Below are positions 47,174 through 49,488 of a DNA stretch of 49,488 bases, in pieces. The notes below the pieces were generated by a model, which saw only the letters and a program-made list of their open reading frames with translations, was not told where the DNA came from and did no database searches. Each line of letters starts with the position of its first letter. The stretch's first letter is position 1. The position numbers and the translations under genes are program-made. This DNA is from Candidatus Stahliibacteriota bacterium (GTDB lineage: Bacteria > Hydrothermota > UBA3073 > JACQXS01), in assembly GCA_016208615.1 (NCBI GenBank), contig JACQXS010000002.1, positions 1 through 49,488 of the forward strand. Reading direction: 5' to 3'.

Positions 47174-49488
47174 TTAAAATATAACTATTTTCTTTATTGT
47201 CTTAAAATCTGTTCCTATGAACCTGATAAAGTAAATTCCTGAGCTCATATTCTTTGCATCCCATTCTACTTTTTTAACTCCCACATCTTCTTCTTTATCC
47301 AATATCTCTGCCACCTCTCGTCCTGTAATATCGTACGCCTTTAATCTCACATATGTCTTTTTCGGAATAAAGTATCTTATTTCCACTTTATTTTTAACTG
47401 TTGGAGTAACAAAAAGACTAAATGTAGGGTATAGAGTTTCTTGTTCCTCCTCTATTCCCATTTTCCCAATAAGTAGTCGTACCGGCACTCTGGTCTCATT
47501 TTTTCCCGTATTAGACACCACAACAATTGTATCCCGATACATCACATCCCGTTGTAGTCCAACAGTATCGACCACAACACTTACTTTCTTAGAATCTCCT
47601 ACGGCTATATTAAAAGTTATAGGTCCAACTTCTTTAATCCAGTTAGAACTTTGTGCAACATTAACATCTGATACTTTAAGGGTTCCGGTTCCCAAATTCT
47701 TCACCGTTATCTCGCCTGTCCCGGCTTCATATGATATAATTGCTCGAATTAAGAGGTCCGAATCGTAATATGTCATACTTTGCCATACACTACCATTGGT
47801 TGAAAAATAACTCTTTGTTCCACCACTTGCATCGCCGACTACGGCCGGTTGTGTACCCGGTGGTGGCGCTGTCCTTGCATAATAACATAGCCAAAAGCTA
47901 TCTGAATCAAAATAGTTACCAGTAAAGTTACGCTTATACCAGTTAGTTCCTGTCCCAGTAGTATACCGAATCCTATCTATTACTGGGCCTGGATGTCCAT
48001 CCACATCATCTCTGAGCATAAGGGTATCAGTCTCGCTTTGGCTTGATTTTCTTCTAATCATTCCTCCTACAACTCGGCATCTTTTGGGAGTAGTAAATTT
48101 TGCACCCCAATAATTATTGCCTACAATAAACTTTGCATCACTTCCATCATCGTATTGAATAGTATCTTGAATCGTATCTTTTTGGGTTAAAGTTTTTTGT
48201 TCAAAAATGAACGATAACGAGTCAGTTGTCCATATCAATGCTGTTCCCACAACAGTGAGGTTAAATACTGATTTCCATGCACTACTATTAGCCCGGCATA
48301 TAAGAGTACAAGCAAAAGGATGAGGTATTGGCGTTCCACTACTAATATTTAACCTGAATGGTATGCTTCCTTGTACAGTATCTCCTGCTGTTATATTGCC
48401 AAAATTTGTGCTTCCTTGCACCACTGTTATATATGGGTCAACAACTTTGAGCTCCCCTGCTACTCCATATATTGTAGTATCTTCTTTTCCTGCGGCTCTT
48501 ACCTTGACCATAATCTCTACTTGTTCGTTTGCATTTATTTCATCATTATTATTGCCTATGCTATCGTCTATTACATTGGACACATATTTTACTACGGCAA
48601 GAAACTCAGGAATTACCCATCCCGGATATCCAATAGAATTTACATACCCATATCCATTTTCTCCGTAATCCTCGCCCCAAGAATTCTTAAATATCCACCT
48701 ACCATCTGCTTTCCACCCAACACAACAAACTGCATGATTAAACTTCCCATTACTGATGTCTCTTCCCATAATAGGTTCATATACACCGCCCTTATAATAG
48801 AAGAAATCCTCTTTTATGTCCATATGTATACTTATAGGACCTTCCATTAACAATGCTTTTATCTCCTCTACGGGTTCATTCGCTCCTCCTCTTCCCCAGT
48901 CTGTAATCTTGTAATCCTTCGCCCTTTCTTGCCAATCCAGACACGGGCTACACGGCGGGTCATCGTTCAAATATGGATAGCAAGCTTCGTCCGGTATACC
49001 GTATTCCATTACCCAATCACCAAAATCACACATCCCACCACTACAATCCCAACCATTAGGATTACAGGAGACCACATATTGTTCTGACAAATTAGCATTA
49101 TATGTGGGGGATAGATTAAATATATTTATCCGTGCCTCCTGAACTGCTACCCATGCAAATGCCCAACAGCTACCACAAGTTTGTTGGTCCTTCACGGAAG
49201 TCATCCAATTATATCCATCATAATTACGCCAATCAAGTTCAGTTGGGGGGTTAACTTTTTGTGTCCTTGTACTTTTTGCTTTTATTGATTGCTTCTCCTC
49301 TGACGATATCGGTAAAATCCCACAAAGTCTTTGCTTTTCCTCCCAAGATAGATGAGATACAGAAGTCTCACCTGCAATCCATGGGTCGCCTCTCTTGGCA
49401 AGTTCTGCTTGAAGTTGCCTTAAAAACGCATCCTCACTTAAAGCACAAAAGGGATATATCACTATCCCAGCAATTAGTAAAGATACAC
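47174..49488 (-). CDS. Papain-family (C1A) cysteine peptidase with T9SS-type CTD; 5'-partial
   Basis: LDWRN, VKDQQTCGSCWAF, LSEQ, NHAV and KNSWG motifs. The frame stays open and hydrophobic (VSLLIAGIVI) to the window edge. Confidence 0.92.
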   Translation of the reverse strand, partial: VSLLIAGIVIYPFCALSEDAFLRQLQAELAKRGDPWIAGETSVSHLSWEEKQRLCGILPISSEEKQSIKAKSTRTQKVNPPTELDWRNYDGYNWMTSVKDQQTCGSCWAFAWVAVQEARINIFNLSPTYNANLSEQYVVSCNPNGWDCSGGMCDFGDWVMEYGIPDEACYPYLNDDPPCSPCLDWQERAKDYKITDWGRGGANEPVEEIKALLMEGPISIHMDIKEDFFYYKGGVYEPIMGRDISNGKFNHAVCCVGWKADGRWIFKNSWGEDYGENGYGYVNSIGYPGWVIPEFLAVVKYVSNVIDDSIGNNNDEINANEQVEIMVKVRAAGKEDTTIYGVAGELKVVDPYITVVQGSTNFGNITAGDTVQGSIPFRLNISSGTPIPHPFACTLICRANSSAWKSVFNLTVVGTALIWTTDSLSFIFEQKTLTQKDTIQDTIQYDDGSDAKFIVGNNYWGAKFTTPKRCRVVGGMIRRKSSQSETDTLMLRDDVDGHPGPVIDRIRYTTGTGTNWYKRNFTGNYFDSDSFWLCYYARTAPPPGTQPAVVGDASGGTKSYFSTNGSVWQSMTYYDSDLLIRAIISYEAGTGEITVKNLGTGTLKVSDVNVAQSSNWIKEVGPITFNIAVGDSKKVSVVVDTVGLQRDVMYRDTIVVVSNTGKNETRVPVRLLIGKMGIEEEQETLYPTFSLFVTPTVKNKVEIRYFIPKKTYVRLKAYDITGREVAEILDKEEDVGVKKVEWDAKNMSSGIYFIRFIGTDFKTIKKIVIF

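Overview
AT-rich bacterial chromosomal segment. I infer a Gram-negative, probably anaerobic FCB-group candidate lineage (WOR-3/TA06-like) from the many secreted proteins with T9SS/FlgD-type C-terminal domains, a PorV-like barrel, HdrBC and ordinary sigma70 promoters. Housekeeping and metabolic genes: UvrD-nuclease fusion, manC, hldD-like epimerase, WbpD-like acetyltransferase, DGGGP-synthase-like UbiA, hdrC/hdrB, a damaged mnmG, fabH, tRNA-Ile(GAT) and tmRNA. Signalling: a class III cyclase-ATPase-TPR protein facing a cNMP-binding protein. Envelope: a TonB receptor/large cargo/PorV-like triad and three secreted cysteine proteases (C11, C25, C1A). The most striking signal is non-genic. A four-helix-bundle (IVP/Avd-fold) gene is bracketed by two inverted arms in which only CAAA tetramers and a 7-7-7-4-7-7-7 spacing are conserved. 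Gene-less copies of these arms, other 7/8/9-nt periodic tracts and at least five short-palindrome families are scattered through the window. The palindromes nest at fixed points of the arms, three insert types are frame-preserving (21, 30, 33 bp), and many copies sit in frame inside protein genes. All family assignments come from motif recognition; no database search was run.
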